From Candidatus Yanofskybacteria bacterium RIFCSPHIGHO2_01_FULL_41_21 (lineage in GTDB: Bacteria; Patescibacteriota; Minisyncoccia; 2-02-FULL-40-12; GWA2-44-9): a stretch of DNA of 64,000 nucleotides. Location: the NCBI GenBank assembly GCA_001794025.1, contig MGJA01000008.1, forward strand, positions 358-64,357, given 5' to 3'. Each line of letters starts with the position of its first letter. The first letter of the stretch is position 1. Positions 1 through 10,000 of this stretch are shown piece after piece. The translations under genes and the position numbers were made by a program. The notes beneath the pieces were generated by a model. That model had not been told where the DNA came from. It searched no databases and worked only from the letters and a program-made list of their open reading frames with translations.

Positions 1-96
1 CAGGATCTCGCCGAGTTTGCCATCGAAGTATTCGCCGATCTTAAGAGTCGGAAAGACGAAAAGAAAGGGGACGGAGCAACCGTCGGCACCCAGTAG
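1..96 (+). CDS. 3' end of an unidentified gene (partial)
   Basis: Open frame 1 to TAG at 94-96, followed by a hairpin and T-tract. Confidence 0.5.
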   Translation, partial: QDLAEFAIEVFADLKSRKDEKKGDGATVGTQ

Positions 97-101
97 CCCG
101 C

Positions 102-150
102 GAAGAGCCCGCGTCTTGCGACGCCATGCTCCTCGCGGGCTCTTTCTTTT
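102..150 (+). terminator. Intrinsic terminator
   Basis: GAGCCCGCG...CGCGGGCTC stem followed by TTTCTTTTT. Confidence 0.65.
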
Positions 151-198
151 ATACTTGTAAGGAATGATTTTTTCTGTTAGTATATTTAAACCAATATG

Positions 199-334
199 CC
201 AGGTAGTGAAACTTCGACTGGTTTTGCAAGCGCTTACCATAAGACACTACTTAGTGTATATTAGCTAATATAGCTTCAATCTAGCTCTTATCTGGAAAAA
301 CTAGAAAGCGCAAGTCGAAGTTCTACTATCCTGG
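199..334. repeat. Miniature inverted-repeat element immediately before the rplY ATG
   Basis: Ends CCAGGTAGTGAAACTTCGAC / GTCGAAGTTCTACTATCCTGG; TATG on both sides (195-198, 335-338); related ends at 2849-2910 and 6031-6089. Confidence 0.7.
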
Positions 335-335
335 T

Positions 336-1040
336 ATGACTACTAAACATGACAAAATTGAATTAAGTGCTCAATTACGGACGGTGATGGGGAGCAAGGT
401 CAGGCAGATTCGCGATTCCGGATTTATTCCGGCGGTTTTGTATGGCAAAGACCAAGAACCGATTGCTCTCCAGGTACCTAATAAGGATTTCAATAAAACA
501 TTCAAAATGGCGGGGGAATCCACTCTTGTCTATATTAGTGTGGATGGACAGACCTACCCCACGATTATTCATGATATTGCCCGTCATCCGGCGTCGGACG
601 CCATTATTCATGCTGATTTCTATAAAGTTAACCTTTCTCAAAAAATTAAGACAATGATTCCCGTGGCGTTTATTGGTGAGTCCCAAGCGGTTAAGGATGG
701 CGGTATTTTTATACGTAATGTTAACGAACTTGAAGTTGAAGCATTGCCCCAGGACTTGCCTCATGAAATTAACTTTGATATGTCCACCCTTGTCGCTTTT
801 GGTGACCAGATTTTATTGAAAGACGCTAAAGTAGATAATAAAGTTGAGGTTCTTGGTAATGCTGATGAAATTGTAGCGACTGTTCAAGAGCCAATTTCTG
901 AAGAAGCATTGGCGGCGTCTCTTGAAACCCCAAGTGAGACAATTGATGACGTTAAGATTGTTGAAAAAGAAAAAGATGCCGATGCTGTCCTTGATGAGAC
1001 AGAAGTACCAGCTACAGCTCCAGAACCAAAGAAAGAATAA
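336..1040 (+). CDS. rplY: 50S ribosomal protein bL25 / Ctc
   Basis: IPAVLYG and HADFY motifs, acidic C-terminal tail. Confidence 0.95.
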   Translation: MTTKHDKIELSAQLRTVMGSKVRQIRDSGFIPAVLYGKDQEPIALQVPNKDFNKTFKMAGESTLVYISVDGQTYPTIIHDIARHPASDAIIHADFYKVNLSQKIKTMIPVAFIGESQAVKDGGIFIRNVNELEVEALPQDLPHEINFDMSTLVAFGDQILLKDAKVDNKVEVLGNADEIVATVQEPISEEALAASLETPSETIDDVKIVEKEKDADAVLDETEVPATAPEPKKE

Positions 1041-1042
1041 CC

Positions 1043-1267
1043 ATGAAAACCGAAATCCATCCACAATATTATCCCAAGACCAAAGTGACCTGCGCCTGCG
1101 GCCATACTTGGCATGTCGGTTCAACTGCTGAAGATATCAGAATTAACGTTTGTTCCAAATGTCATCCGTTCTATACAGGTAACGAAAAAATCATTGATAC
1201 TCGTGGTCGTGTTGAAAAATATCAAAAGCGCGTTGCCGCCGCCAAGAAACCAAAAGCTAAGAAGTAG
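1043..1267 (+). CDS. rpmE: 50S ribosomal protein bL31 (Zn-binding type)
   Basis: MKTEIHPQY, CACG, CSKCHPFYTG, DTRGRVEK. Confidence 0.97.
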   Translation: MKTEIHPQYYPKTKVTCACGHTWHVGSTAEDIRINVCSKCHPFYTGNEKIIDTRGRVEKYQKRVAAAKKPKAKK

Positions 1268-1276
1268 ATTTCTCTC

Positions 1277-2080
1277 ATGTCAGAATACGATTGGAAGCAG
1301 TGGCAGAATCAATCTAAGCCCAAACCAGCCGGCGTGAAGCATGGTCATGAGGCAATTATTGAAATTAGGGCTGGGGTCGGTGGTGATGAATCCGCTCTTT
1401 TTGCCGCTGAAATAGCCGGCATGTACAAAAAATACTCGGCTCTTAAAGGGTGGGGATTTGAGGTTATTGATTCTAATATGAACTCCTTGGGCGGATATAA
1501 ATCCGTCGTTTTTGAATTACATGGCTCGGATGCGTTTGAAAAAATGAAATATGAGTCCGGCGCTCATCGGGTTCAACGAGTGCCGGCGACCGAAAAATCA
1601 GGACGGGTTCATACCTCAACCATTACCGTCGCTGTTTTGGCGAAAGCCACTGAAAGTGAGCTGGTGATTAGGCCTGATGAAATTGAAGTCAGTTTTTCTC
1701 GCGCCGGCGGGCCGGGCGGACAGAATGTTAATAAAGTTGAGACGGCCGTTAGAATTTTACATAAACCATCGGGGATTGTTATTTCTTCCCGTTCCGAACG
1801 AAGCCAGCAGGCCAATCGGGAAAAGGGGATGGAAGTTCTTCGTTCAAAGCTTTTGGAGATTAAGCGTCTGGAAGAGACCGGAAATGTTTCCGATGAGCGT
1901 CGCAAACAAGTTGGTACCGGTGACCGCTCGGAAAAGATTCGGACTTATAATTTTCCTCAAGACCGCATCACCGACCACCGTATCAAAAAAAGCTGGGGGA
2001 ATATTGAAAAAATTATGCTCGGCAACCTTGACCCCATCTTTGATGCCCTGTCTGAAGGTATGACTATCGAAGTTAAGTAA
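1277..2080 (+). CDS. prfA: Peptide chain release factor 1, short N-terminus
   Basis: [21 protein letters not shown] (PxT motif), [18 protein letters not shown]. Confidence 0.93.
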   Translation: MSEYDWKQWQNQSKPKPAGVKHGHEAIIEIRAGVGGDESALFAAEIAGMYKKYSALKGWGFEVIDSNMNSLGGYKSVVFELHGSDAFEKMKYESGAHRVQRVPATEKSGRVHTSTITVAVLAKATESELVIRPDEIEVSFSRAGGPGGQNVNKVETAVRILHKPSGIVISSRSERSQQANREKGMEVLRSKLLEIKRLEETGNVSDERRKQVGTGDRSEKIRTYNFPQDRITDHRIKKSWGNIEKIMLGNLDPIFDALSEGMTIEVK

Positions 2081-2105
2081 AGCTTTGCCTCGCCTCCACC
2101 CTCTG

Positions 2106-2141
2106 TGATTATTTGGTGTGCATATGCACACCAAATAATCA
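2106..2141. repeat. Perfect palindrome with TGCATATGCA core (family shared with 17657 and 18242)
   Basis: GTGATTATTTGGTGTGCATATGCACACCAAATAATCAC. Confidence 0.85.
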
Positions 2142-2201
2142 CACTCTTTACTTTGGAGTGCTCTTATTATATAATCGGCGGAGGTTAAGGAGGTCTTTGA
2201 A

Positions 2202-2783
2202 ATGATGAGAACGAAGAAGGAAAGTGAGAGGAAGCGGAAGAAAGTGCTTCGGACGGGTTCCAAAAGGTTCATCGCATGTCTGGGTAAAGGTGAAACCGTG
2301 CGTGTTACCTGGAAAGATTGGATTACATACTGGGCAAGTGTTCAGGATCCAAATCGAGAGAGATATCGGGAAGCTCTTGAAACAAACCACCAATATATCA
2401 AACGTCTCCAAGAACAACTGGCCGTAAGTCAGGGACTGTTTGATGAGACGGTCCGTGTGCTTGGATCTGAAAAAGATCGGCGAACATCGTTGGAAACAAA
2501 ATATTCTGAATCTATTGAGAAAAACGAAGGAATCAAAGAATTGTTGACAGCGCTCTTGGTTCCGTGGGCCGATTCACTCGGACGACGCGAACTCACAACT
2601 TTCGTTGAAGCCCAGACGGAAGCTCTCGAAGTTCAAGTATCTCCTGAAGTCATCAATGAGGTCATCATTGACGTCTTTACTTCAATAACCTGTTTTTTGC
2701 GTCTAAACGAATCAAATGATAATTCCTGCATCGCGCTTGAGAAAGCACATGAAGTTTTGAAGGATAGGGCCACGAGGTTGTAG
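2202..2783 (+). CDS. Hypothetical coiled-coil protein
   Basis: 193-aa ORF, GGAGG ribosome-binding site and TATAAT upstream. Confidence 0.65.
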   Translation: MMRTKKESERKRKKVLRTGSKRFIACLGKGETVRVTWKDWITYWASVQDPNRERYREALETNHQYIKRLQEQLAVSQGLFDETVRVLGSEKDRRTSLETKYSESIEKNEGIKELLTALLVPWADSLGRRELTTFVEAQTEALEVQVSPEVINEVIIDVFTSITCFLRLNESNDNSCIALEKAHEVLKDRATRL

Positions 2784-2970
2784 GATAAAAAGATACGCTC
2801 CGACAATCGGCCCCGCACTTCGTGCGGGCCCCACGATGTCGGGGCCTGCCCAGTAGTGAACCTCCGAAAGTAATTTGTGCCGTAAGGCAATCGGAGGCTC
2901 TACTACTGGGCCTTTTGTTTTGGACCTTGATTTGTCTAAATAAATCGTGTATTATGGTAAAGCTTATGGA

Positions 2971-3081
2971 TCCCGTTAGAAGTAACCCTAACGGGTCTAT
3001 AAATATGATAAATTTAACCAGCTATTAGTGCAGTATCCACTGTAACAGAACTGTGGATGGCTGTTACTACTTCTAACGGGA
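2971..3081. repeat. TCCCGTTAGAA-ended miniature element abutting the rpsB start
   Basis: Terminal inverted repeat TCCCGTTAGAA / TTCTAACGGGA; ATGGA on both sides. Confidence 0.85.
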
Positions 3082-3779
3082 TGGAAACTATACAAGACAA
3101 CCTTATTTCGTATGAAGATATGCTCAAGGCGGGTACGCATTTTGGTCGCAAAAAGACCGTTTATAACCCCCAAATGGCGCCTTATGTTTATATCGTTAGA
3201 GACGGTATTTGCATCATTGATCTTCTAAAGACCCAAACCGAATTAACTAATACAATCAAATTTTTAAAAAAGACAGCCGAGAACGGTGGCTTGATGCTTT
3301 TTGTTGGTCTAACCAAACAATCATCGGGTGGTATTAAAGAACTCGCCCAGGCCCTAAATATGCCCTATGTTATTGATCGCTGGATTGGTGGAACCTTGAC
3401 GAACTTTAAGATTATAAATGATCGTGTTAAGAAACTTGAAGAAATGGAAAAAGGTCTGAAAACGGGCGCTTACGATAAATACACTAAAAAAGAACGATTG
3501 ATGTTGACCCGTGAGATGAACAAGATGTCTACTCATTTTGAAGGACTGAAGAAGCTTACTAGAATGCCTGATGTTGTCTTTGTGTCATCTTTAAAAGAAA
3601 GTGCCCTTCCGCTTCATGAATCAAAGAAGATGGGTGTGGCCTGTGTTGCTATCACAAACACCGACTCAAACCCCAAGTCCGTGGACTATATCGTTCCGGC
3701 TAATGATCGTTCCAAGAAATCAGTTGACCTCATTTTGGATGCTCTCAAGCGAGAATTGACAGCTGTAACATCACAGTAA
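3081..3779 (+). CDS. rpsB: 30S ribosomal protein uS2
   Basis: MLKAGTHFG, RWIGGTLTNF, PANDRS; start moved to the ATG at 3081, after the repeat. Confidence 0.96.
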   Translation: METIQDNLISYEDMLKAGTHFGRKKTVYNPQMAPYVYIVRDGICIIDLLKTQTELTNTIKFLKKTAENGGLMLFVGLTKQSSGGIKELAQALNMPYVIDRWIGGTLTNFKIINDRVKKLEEMEKGLKTGAYDKYTKKERLMLTREMNKMSTHFEGLKKLTRMPDVVFVSSLKESALPLHESKKMGVACVAITNTDSNPKSVDYIVPANDRSKKSVDLILDALKRELTAVTSQ

Positions 3780-3849
3780 TTAGGACCTAGTAATTAGTTC
3801 TTAGTTCAATTTGTTCTAAGTTCTAAAAACTAAGTTCTAAGTCCTAACT

Positions 3850-4299
3850 ATGGCAGATATTGATCAGATTAAATCGTTGCGGGATGAGACCGGATTATCG
3901 GTTGCGGATATTAAGAAGGCCTTGATTGAAGCGGGTGGCGACATTGATAAGACCCGTGAACTATTAATATCTCGAGGTGGGGATATTGCTGCGAAAAAAG
4001 CCGGGCGTGACCTTAAGGCCGGTATCGTGGATTCCTATATTCACAATAATAAACTTTCCGGTTGTATACTGGAGTTGCTGTGTGAAACCGATTTTGTAAG
4101 TCGAGGCGAAATTTTTCAGACATTAGCCCATGACCTCACTCTTCATATTACGGCCATGAATCCTCAGAATGTAGAAGAATTAATGGAACAGGCGTTTATT
4201 AAAAATCCGGAACAGACCATTCGCGATCTCATTACATCGCATATTGCCAAGTTGGGTGAGAACATCCAAATTGGACGTTTCCAGGTATTTCAGATATGA
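3850..4299 (+). CDS. tsf: Elongation factor Ts (short form)
   Basis: IKSLRDETG, ELLCETDFVS, KLGENIQIGRF. Confidence 0.95.
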   Translation: MADIDQIKSLRDETGLSVADIKKALIEAGGDIDKTRELLISRGGDIAAKKAGRDLKAGIVDSYIHNNKLSGCILELLCETDFVSRGEIFQTLAHDLTLHITAMNPQNVEELMEQAFIKNPEQTIRDLITSHIAKLGENIQIGRFQVFQI

Positions 4300-4319
4300 A
4301 ATTTTATTTAAAATTTCAC

Positions 4320-4362
4320 CCGCCTCTGGCGGGTTGCCATAGAGCTATCCGCCAGAGGCGGA
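4320..4362. repeat. Pair of CCGCC(TCT/AGA)GGCGG REP-like palindromes
   Basis: CCCGCCTCTGGCGGG and CCGCCAGAGGCGG; more copies at 5283, 5588 and 5769. Confidence 0.75.
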
Positions 4363-4407
4363 TGCTGATAATTATGGCCACTCGCTTTGCTCGTGGGTAA
4401 TTATCGC

Positions 4408-5022
4408 ATGTTTATTATCACTCCTCTGATTTTTATTGGTATCTCAGTCATTGGTATGGCTGTTATTGTAAGTCGGAAGATGTCGTATCTTAGAAAATTA
4501 TCTCCGGAGTCCAATGAAGTCAGTGATAATATTTTTAAAGATTTTTTCCCCGAATTAATTGCGTGGTTTAATCAAATTCCATGGCATCAGTATCGCCAAG
4601 TAACCCTCCAAGAAATTGAAAAAGGACTTCGCTGGATGCGGTTAGTGTTTTTAAAAATAGACCACGCATCAGCTCGTTTGATTCAGAAAGTACGCCATTC
4701 TCATCTATCTACTCAACTAGAGCACACCGCCTCAATTCAGTCAGACATCTCTACTGAAGTAATTGTGCCAGAACACATGGAGATAGTGGCTGAACCGACA
4801 CCCGAGGATTTGAAGGCCCAAGAACAACAGCTCATTATTGAGATTGCTCAAGATCCAAAGAATGTAAATTTGTATGAAAAACTCGGAGACCTTTATTTAA
4901 AGATGGATATTATTCCAGACGCAAAAGAGGCCTATGAAGCCGGGCTGGGATTTAATCCCGATAACCAAACTCTTGCCCGCAAGTATTCAGTGTTATTAAA
5001 AAAGACAGATACAATCAAATAG
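4408..5022 (+). CDS. Membrane-anchored protein with a C-terminal TPR
   Basis: N-terminal TM helix; DPKNVNLYEKLGDLY...AYEAGLGFNPDN TPR. Confidence 0.8.
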   Translation: MFIITPLIFIGISVIGMAVIVSRKMSYLRKLSPESNEVSDNIFKDFFPELIAWFNQIPWHQYRQVTLQEIEKGLRWMRLVFLKIDHASARLIQKVRHSHLSTQLEHTASIQSDISTEVIVPEHMEIVAEPTPEDLKAQEQQLIIEIAQDPKNVNLYEKLGDLYLKMDIIPDAKEAYEAGLGFNPDNQTLARKYSVLLKKTDTIK

Positions 5023-5027
5023 TCACT

Positions 5028-5102
5028 GCCGCCTTAGCTCAACGGTAGAGCAGCACTTTTGTAAAGTGAAGGTTCCCAGTTCAAATCTGGGAGGCGGCTC
5101 CA
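5028..5102 (+). tRNA. tRNA-Thr(TGT)
   Basis: Cloverleaf, anticodon loop TT-TGT-AA, GTTCAAATC T-loop, encoded CCA. Confidence 0.95.
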
Positions 5103-5151
5103 ATAGTTGCCGAAATGGCGATTTTTGTTTACAATATGATGAATAGAGTAA

Positions 5152-5235
5152 GGGGGTGTGGTGGAGTGGTCAATCACAACAGACTGTAAATCTGTCGGCC
5201 GTGTGCCTTCGTAGGTTCGAATCCTACCGCCCCCA
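5152..5235 (+). tRNA. tRNA-Tyr(GTA)
   Basis: Cloverleaf, CT-GTA-AA loop, long variable arm, GTTCGAATC. Confidence 0.95.
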
Positions 5236-5308
5236 CACGAGTTTTGCCCAAGAGCGAAAAGCGATTGGATACAAAACTCAGTGCCCGCCTCCGGCGGGCC
5301 GAAAAACA

Positions 5309-5581
5309 ATGAGTTACTTTGTTTATGTTTTAAGAAGTAAAAAAGACGGTAAATTGTATACTGGATATTCAGAAGATCCAGAACGTCGTCTCAAGGAACA
5401 TAATGCAGGCAAGACAGTATCTCTATTGAAGCGTAGACCATTGATTATTGTGTATCAAGAGATATACAATAAAGAAATTCAAGCCAAAAGAAGGGAAAGA
5501 TTTTTGAAAACAGGGCAAGGAAGAAAATTTTTGCAGACCGCGTTGAAACTTGCGGTTGTTCAAGATTTTCGCAAGAATTAG
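5309..5581 (+). CDS. Stand-alone GIY-YIG nuclease
   Basis: YFVYVL...LYTGYS...RRLKEHN...AKRRERFLK. Confidence 0.9.
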   Translation: MSYFVYVLRSKKDGKLYTGYSEDPERRLKEHNAGKTVSLLKRRPLIIVYQEIYNKEIQAKRRERFLKTGQGRKFLQTALKLAVVQDFRKN

Positions 5582-5651
5582 TAGGTGGCCCGCCAGAGGC
5601 GGGCATAGAAATTGTGCCTACTCATAAAAATAATTCGTAGACAATTTCTAT

Positions 5652-5723
5652 GCCGTTGTAGCTCAGTGGTAGAGCACCTCCATGGTAAGGAGGGGGTCGT
5701 CAGTTCAATCCTGACCAACGGCT
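5652..5723 (+). tRNA. tRNA-Thr(GGT)
   Basis: Cloverleaf, AT-GGT-AA loop, GTTCAATC. Confidence 0.93.
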
Positions 5724-5873
5724 CTAAGTTTTTGTCCAAGAGCTATAGCGATTGGTTACAAAAAGTTACCCGCCTCTGGCGGGAAGTAGTAGATAATTAA
5801 CCAGTAATTACGTCATATTTAGTAGTATTTAAATAGTTAAGTACTAAACATATTACGTGGTTCAATAGAAATT

Positions 5874-6038
5874 ATGCCACAAGATAATTTATTGAGGATG
5901 AAGTGTACGGTTTGTAAAAGTGCAAACTACTACACCAGTAAGAATAAAAAGAAGGTTGAAAGAAAGATTGAGTTAAAGAAATTTTGCAAAAAGTGCAAAA
6001 AGCGAACTCCTCACAAGGAGGCGCGTATGACCGGGTAG
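5874..6038 (+). CDS. rpmG: 50S ribosomal protein bL33 (54 aa, absent from the ORF track)
   Basis: Manual translation MPQDNLLRMKCTVCKSANYYTSKNKKKVERKIELKKFCKKCKKRTPHKEARMTG. Confidence 0.95.
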   Translation: MPQDNLLRMKCTVCKSANYYTSKNKKKVERKIELKKFCKKCKKRTPHKEARMTG

Positions 6039-6112
6039 TAGAAGCCCGAAATGCTTTCAGCAAAAATATGTTCAGGCTTCACTACCCGGCAGGCCGGATA
6101 GAAGTCCGAGAA

Positions 6113-6183
6113 GGGGATGTCGTTCAATGGTAGGACTCTGGTCTCCAAAACCAGGTATCCAGGTCCGAATCCTGGCGTCCCCG
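6113..6183 (+). tRNA. tRNA-Trp(CCA)
   Basis: GGGGATG/CGTCCCC acceptor stem, CT-CCA-AA loop. Confidence 0.93.
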
Positions 6184-6234
6184 CCTTCGTTAACCTGCCG
6201 GCAGGCAGGAGCTACGGCGGATAAACCCGCCAAA

Positions 6235-6270
6235 CAAAAAACTGTTCCGCCTAAGCGGGACAGTTTTTTG
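6235..6270. terminator. Bidirectional intrinsic terminator
   Basis: AAAAAACTGTTCCGC-CTAA-GCGGGACAGTTTTTT between convergent units. Confidence 0.75.
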
Positions 6271-6276
6271 TTTCTA

Positions 6277-6498
6277 TCATTCTGACTCTATCTTTATTTT
6301 AACTGGCGAGTAACCATCCTTACTATGTTCTATTTGTTTAAGGATAGCTTCTACTTCTTCTATCTTATACATCCGATAGTTATTCACAGGGTTGCGATAA
6401 GCCCGTAGCTTTCCTTTTTGATCCCAGTTGCGAACCGTCAAGGGGCTAACACCCAACAATCTAGCGACATCATTCACAGTCAAGAATTTTTTAGGCAT
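6277..6498 (-). CDS. MerR-type / excisionase-like HTH protein
   Basis: LTVNDVARLLGVSPLTVRNWD..GKL...RNPVNNYRMY. Confidence 0.9.
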   Translation of the reverse strand: MPKKFLTVNDVARLLGVSPLTVRNWDQKGKLRAYRNPVNNYRMYKIEEVEAILKQIEHSKDGYSPVKIKIESE

Positions 6499-6700
6499 AA
6501 ATTTAGTGGTTTTATTTTTAGGGTTCTTGGTTGATATACATTACTACTTTTAATAGATAATATCTTTAAATTTTTATAGAAGATATTTATTTTAAATCTA
6601 TCAACCTTTTATAAAGATAGCATACCTTTATACCCTGTAAATACGTAATGTTGATAAGTAAATCAAAAATCCAGATTTTTAAAGTAAAATCTGGATTTTT

Positions 6701-6732
6701 AGGAATTAGGAATTAGGAATTAGGAATTAGGA
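6701..6732 (+). repeat. Heptamer tandem repeat (AGGAATT)n
   Basis: About 4.5 copies; the same unit is in frame at 7338-7371. Confidence 0.85.
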
Positions 6733-7031
6733 CCCGAAGTTATCCACTTTTTTTGGATACCCGATGGTACAATTTAACTAGATTTAAAGCCAAGATTTAT
6801 ATCTATCCGATATCATATCGGATAAGTGGAAAAAAGTTTAAAAAAGGAATGAACGTCTGAACGTCAGTTGAGTGAAAAAACATCCCGCCCTTCTTGGCGA
6901 AGGGCGGGAAGGAATGCACGCCTTGGCCCCGTCGGAAAACGAAGCCCATGGCCCATTAATTGTACAACGAAATAAAAGTGCAAGCAATTGAAAATTGCTT
7001 ATAAAATCTCAATCCTAATTCCTGTTTTTTT

Positions 7032-10000
7032 ATGTCCGATTATCAGCCCAAAAAATTACCTTCTCAATGGATCTCAATTCAAGAGGCGACGCGTCACGCA
7101 CCGTACTCGCAAGAGTATTTAAGTTTATTGGCGCGACGGGGAAAAATATTTGCTAAAAAAATTGGGCGGAATTGGTATACAACTCATGAAGCGTTAGAAC
7201 GTTATATTTCAGAGCAGACCCTTCTTTCACCGATAGCCAAACAATTCAGTCCTACCGTGGAACTTGCTTCGTCTTCCTCAAATTTAGTGGAAGAATTTAA
7301 ACGTCTTAATCCTCAAGTATTTGGGCAAGAAAAAAAGCAGGAATTAGGAATTAGGAATCAGGAATTAGGAAATACAAAACAAGGGATTGAATCGGTGCCA
7401 TCAGTACTTCCTAATGTTGCGCCAGCTCCGGTTACAATACCAACACCTACTATCCCTGTAATTCCGCAAAATAATTCAGAGAATAAAGTTCTTGAAAAAC
7501 TGGATCGATTATCTGATTCGTTGGAAACGTTTACTTCAAGTGTGACCGCATCAATTCCGGCTATAACCCAAGCGAATCAATCAGCGCCATTAAACCCCGA
7601 GGTTGAAGAATTTGTTCAGGAACGAATAAATTCTTCCATTCATAGATTCCGACATTTTGATCGTTTTGCAAAATCAACAACCCGATCTCCTGTCCGTTTA
7701 ATGGCCGTTATGATTACGGCTGTAGTGTTAATCTTTGTTCTTATCGGCGGGTTCAGTTTTGGAAAAGTAGATGCCGTTGCTCAAAAAATTAAAAAGGCCT
7801 TCAACGATGCCACCACGATTGATGGCCATTTTGCCGGGACGCATGCCAATGAGGTCTTAATTCTGGATAAGGCCGGCAATATTTCAATTTACGGCCATAT
7901 TGAAACCGAAGGTCAGTTTCGGAGCCATGCGCCGGAGGGCGTGGCGCCGATTGTGGTGGATTCGTTGACTAAAGTTGAAAATCTTAATGCTGATTACATT
8001 GATAATCTTAGTTCCCAGGACTTTACCCTCGCCTTCGTTACTAAAAATGGGAACCTAACCTATGAAGATGTCCATCTGATGGGTGATGTTGAAGTGGGAA
8101 AACTTCTTAAAGTCGGCGGGGATGCGATTATTGGGAAGACCCTAACCGTGTCCGGCGCCACCAAGCTAATGGACTCGTTAACTGTTTATGGCAAACTCGG
8201 AGTTCTTTCGGATGCGGTTTTCGGAAAAGATGTCACTCTCACCAATGGTGATCTCGTCATAAGCAAAGGCACCATTAAGATTTCTAATATGACTTTGATT
8301 AAAAATCTTAATGCCGAATATTTGGACGGTGTTAAAAAAGGAGACATCAATCTCAACTTTGTCACTTCAAACGGAAATACGACTTCAAACTCAATTACAG
8401 TTGGGGGTCTCACCTCAACCGGAACCATAACTTCTTACGGTCCGGGATTTTTTAATTCAAGTATCTGGAGTCCTTTCGGTTCTTTTGGTGATTTAGGTGT
8501 CGGAAAGAGCGCCAGTTTTGGCGACTCAAAAAATCCGAGTAATTCAAAATTTGAGGTCTATTCCAGTAAGTTTTCTCTTGATGCGAACGGTAATGCTCGA
8601 TTGGCCGGCACGACCACTACTAATAATTTATTAGTCAGTGGCAGTGTTTTATCGGGACTTATTCCTTCGGGATCATTTGATTTGGGCTCACTAGCACAAC
8701 CGTGGGTAAATCTTTATGCAATTGACGGAAATTTCTCCGGTGATATTACGGTCTCCGGCAGTTTAAATTTTGCCGGCACGACATCAAGTTCTTTTGTTAT
8801 CAATACCGATAATACCGCTTCTGATTCTGAAGATGCTTACTTAGCGTTTAGTCGCGGTTCAATAACTCCGGATGCGAAACTGACATGGAATTCCACTTTT
8901 AAACAATTTGAATTTAATGAACCAGTTAATATTGCCAGTAGTTCTTTCACGGTTGAAGGGAATACTTTTTTGAATAACGCTTCAGTTTCTAATAATTTTG
9001 AAGTTGTTGGCACCGCCTCTATCTCCGGTACCACCACCCTCGCCGGTCAAACCTACACCTGGCCTTCTTCCCAAACAACTAACGGTTTCCTTAAAACAAA
9101 CGGTACCGGCACTTTATCCTGGTCAACCGCTTTCTCCGGTACCATCGCTTCCTTATCTCAAAACTTTGACCCTGCCACCGACAATCAATACGACCTTGGC
9201 GACCCAAGCTACCGCTGGCGAACCGGTTACTTTGGGACCAGTATCATCTCTCCCTTTGCTTCTTTCACCAATGCCAGTGTTTCCAATAACTTTGAGATAG
9301 GTAACATTGCCAGTATCGGAGGAAATGCCACCATCGGCGGTACCCTTGGTGTAACCGGAAACACCACCCTCACAGGTACCCTAACTGGTAATTCAATTGG
9401 TTCCAACTCTTTTCAAGGTAGTTTAGATGTTGCCCTTGGTCTCCACGCTGTTGGTAACGTTACCACCCTTGCCCAATTCCTTTCTTCCGGAACAGGCAGT
9501 AACTCTTTTGCGGGCAGTTTAGATATCACCAAAGGTCTTCGGGCTGCCCAAATCACCGGTACCGGCCTTACCCTAAACGGAAATACCAATATCTCCGGTA
9601 CTCTCAATGTTATTGGTCAATCAAACTTCTCTAACGCTTCCGCTTCATCCGGATTTGAATCAACCTACCTGAAAACGGATACAATCTCTAATTCCACGGG
9701 CACCCTAACCATCAACGCTTTTACCCTTGGCGGATTAGTCACCGGCAACAATCAATCCATTACAGGATTAAATCAACTCACTTCATCTATCGCCAGTATC
9801 TCTACTAACTTTGAAGTCGGTGGTTATGCTTCAATCGGAGGAAACACCACCCTTGCGGGTCAAACATACACCTGGCCTTCCTCTCAAACAACCAACGGTT
9901 TTCTAAAAACAAACGGTTCTGGCACTTTATCCTGGTCAACCGCTTTTGCCGGTACCATAGCTTCCTTATCCCAAAACTTTGACCCCGCCACCGACAATCA

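Noticed and set aside
5034-5800. ORFs 5034-5309, the 5' part of 5156-5581, and 5612-5800
   Set aside because: They overlap tRNA genes; the GIY-YIG gene starts at 5309.
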